Of a stretch of DNA of 45,915 nucleotides, positions 45,830 through 45,915 are shown in pieces. Origin of the DNA: Candidatus Sumerlaeia bacterium (GTDB taxonomy: Bacteria > Sumerlaeota > Sumerlaeia > SLMS01); assembly GCA_038208905.1 (NCBI GenBank), contig JBBQYG010000009.1:1-45915 (forward strand), given 5' to 3'. The position numbers were made by a program, and so were the translations under genes. Position 1 is the stretch's first letter, and the number at the start of each line of letters is the position of its first letter. The notes below the pieces were generated by a model. The model was given only the letters and a program-made list of their open reading frames with translations. It was not told the origin of the DNA and did no database searches.

Positions 45830-45915
45830 ATATAGCACTGATAGGAACCTCCGACCTCTCCCCCAATTCTTGCTGTATATACACCTAGCAAGACCTAGCG
45901 GAGCAATACGGCCAC

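Noticed and set aside
45873-45888. LexA (SOS) box CTGTATATACACCTAG
   Set aside because: Imperfect match to the gammaproteobacterial CTGT-N8-ACAG, the organism does not look gammaproteobacterial, and the site falls within a simple hairpin.

Overview
High-GC bacterial chromosomal window. Degenerate pilin-like YDP(S/T)NG proteins and a dockerin-like secreted protein hint at Candidatus Sumerlaeota/BRC1, but that is inference only. The core is a nearly complete division/cell-wall (dcw) cluster: mraZ-rsmH-ftsL-ftsI-murE-murF-mraY-murD-ftsW-murG-murC-murB-ftsQ-ftsA (8598-25691). ddl is absent, and ftsZ is displaced upstream (5456-6961) behind a coiled-coil/lipoprotein/hpt block. Also present: a Bacillus-type sdhCAB operon with a perfect Rex box, a hicBA toxin-antitoxin pair, System II cytochrome c biogenesis genes (resB-like, ccsA), a malectin-Kelch secreted protein, a Zn-dependent alcohol dehydrogenase, a VanY-type DD-carboxypeptidase, a DUF4212 + sodium:solute symporter pair, a Uma2 endonuclease, a probable Fic remnant and a lower-GC orphan at the right end. 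The most striking unannotated signal is a ~350-nt, highly nested stem-loop element between ftsL and ftsI (10609-10959). Its unpaired regions carry repeated CCCG(N) motifs, and the same motifs sit in the leaders of ftsZ, ftsI and murD. This could be a structured ncRNA or leader-based post-transcriptional control system for cell division. Tandem NrdR-like boxes 31 bp apart lie upstream of mraZ. No rRNA, tRNA, CRISPR array or transposase was recognised. All pairings and motifs were read by eye and no searches were run.
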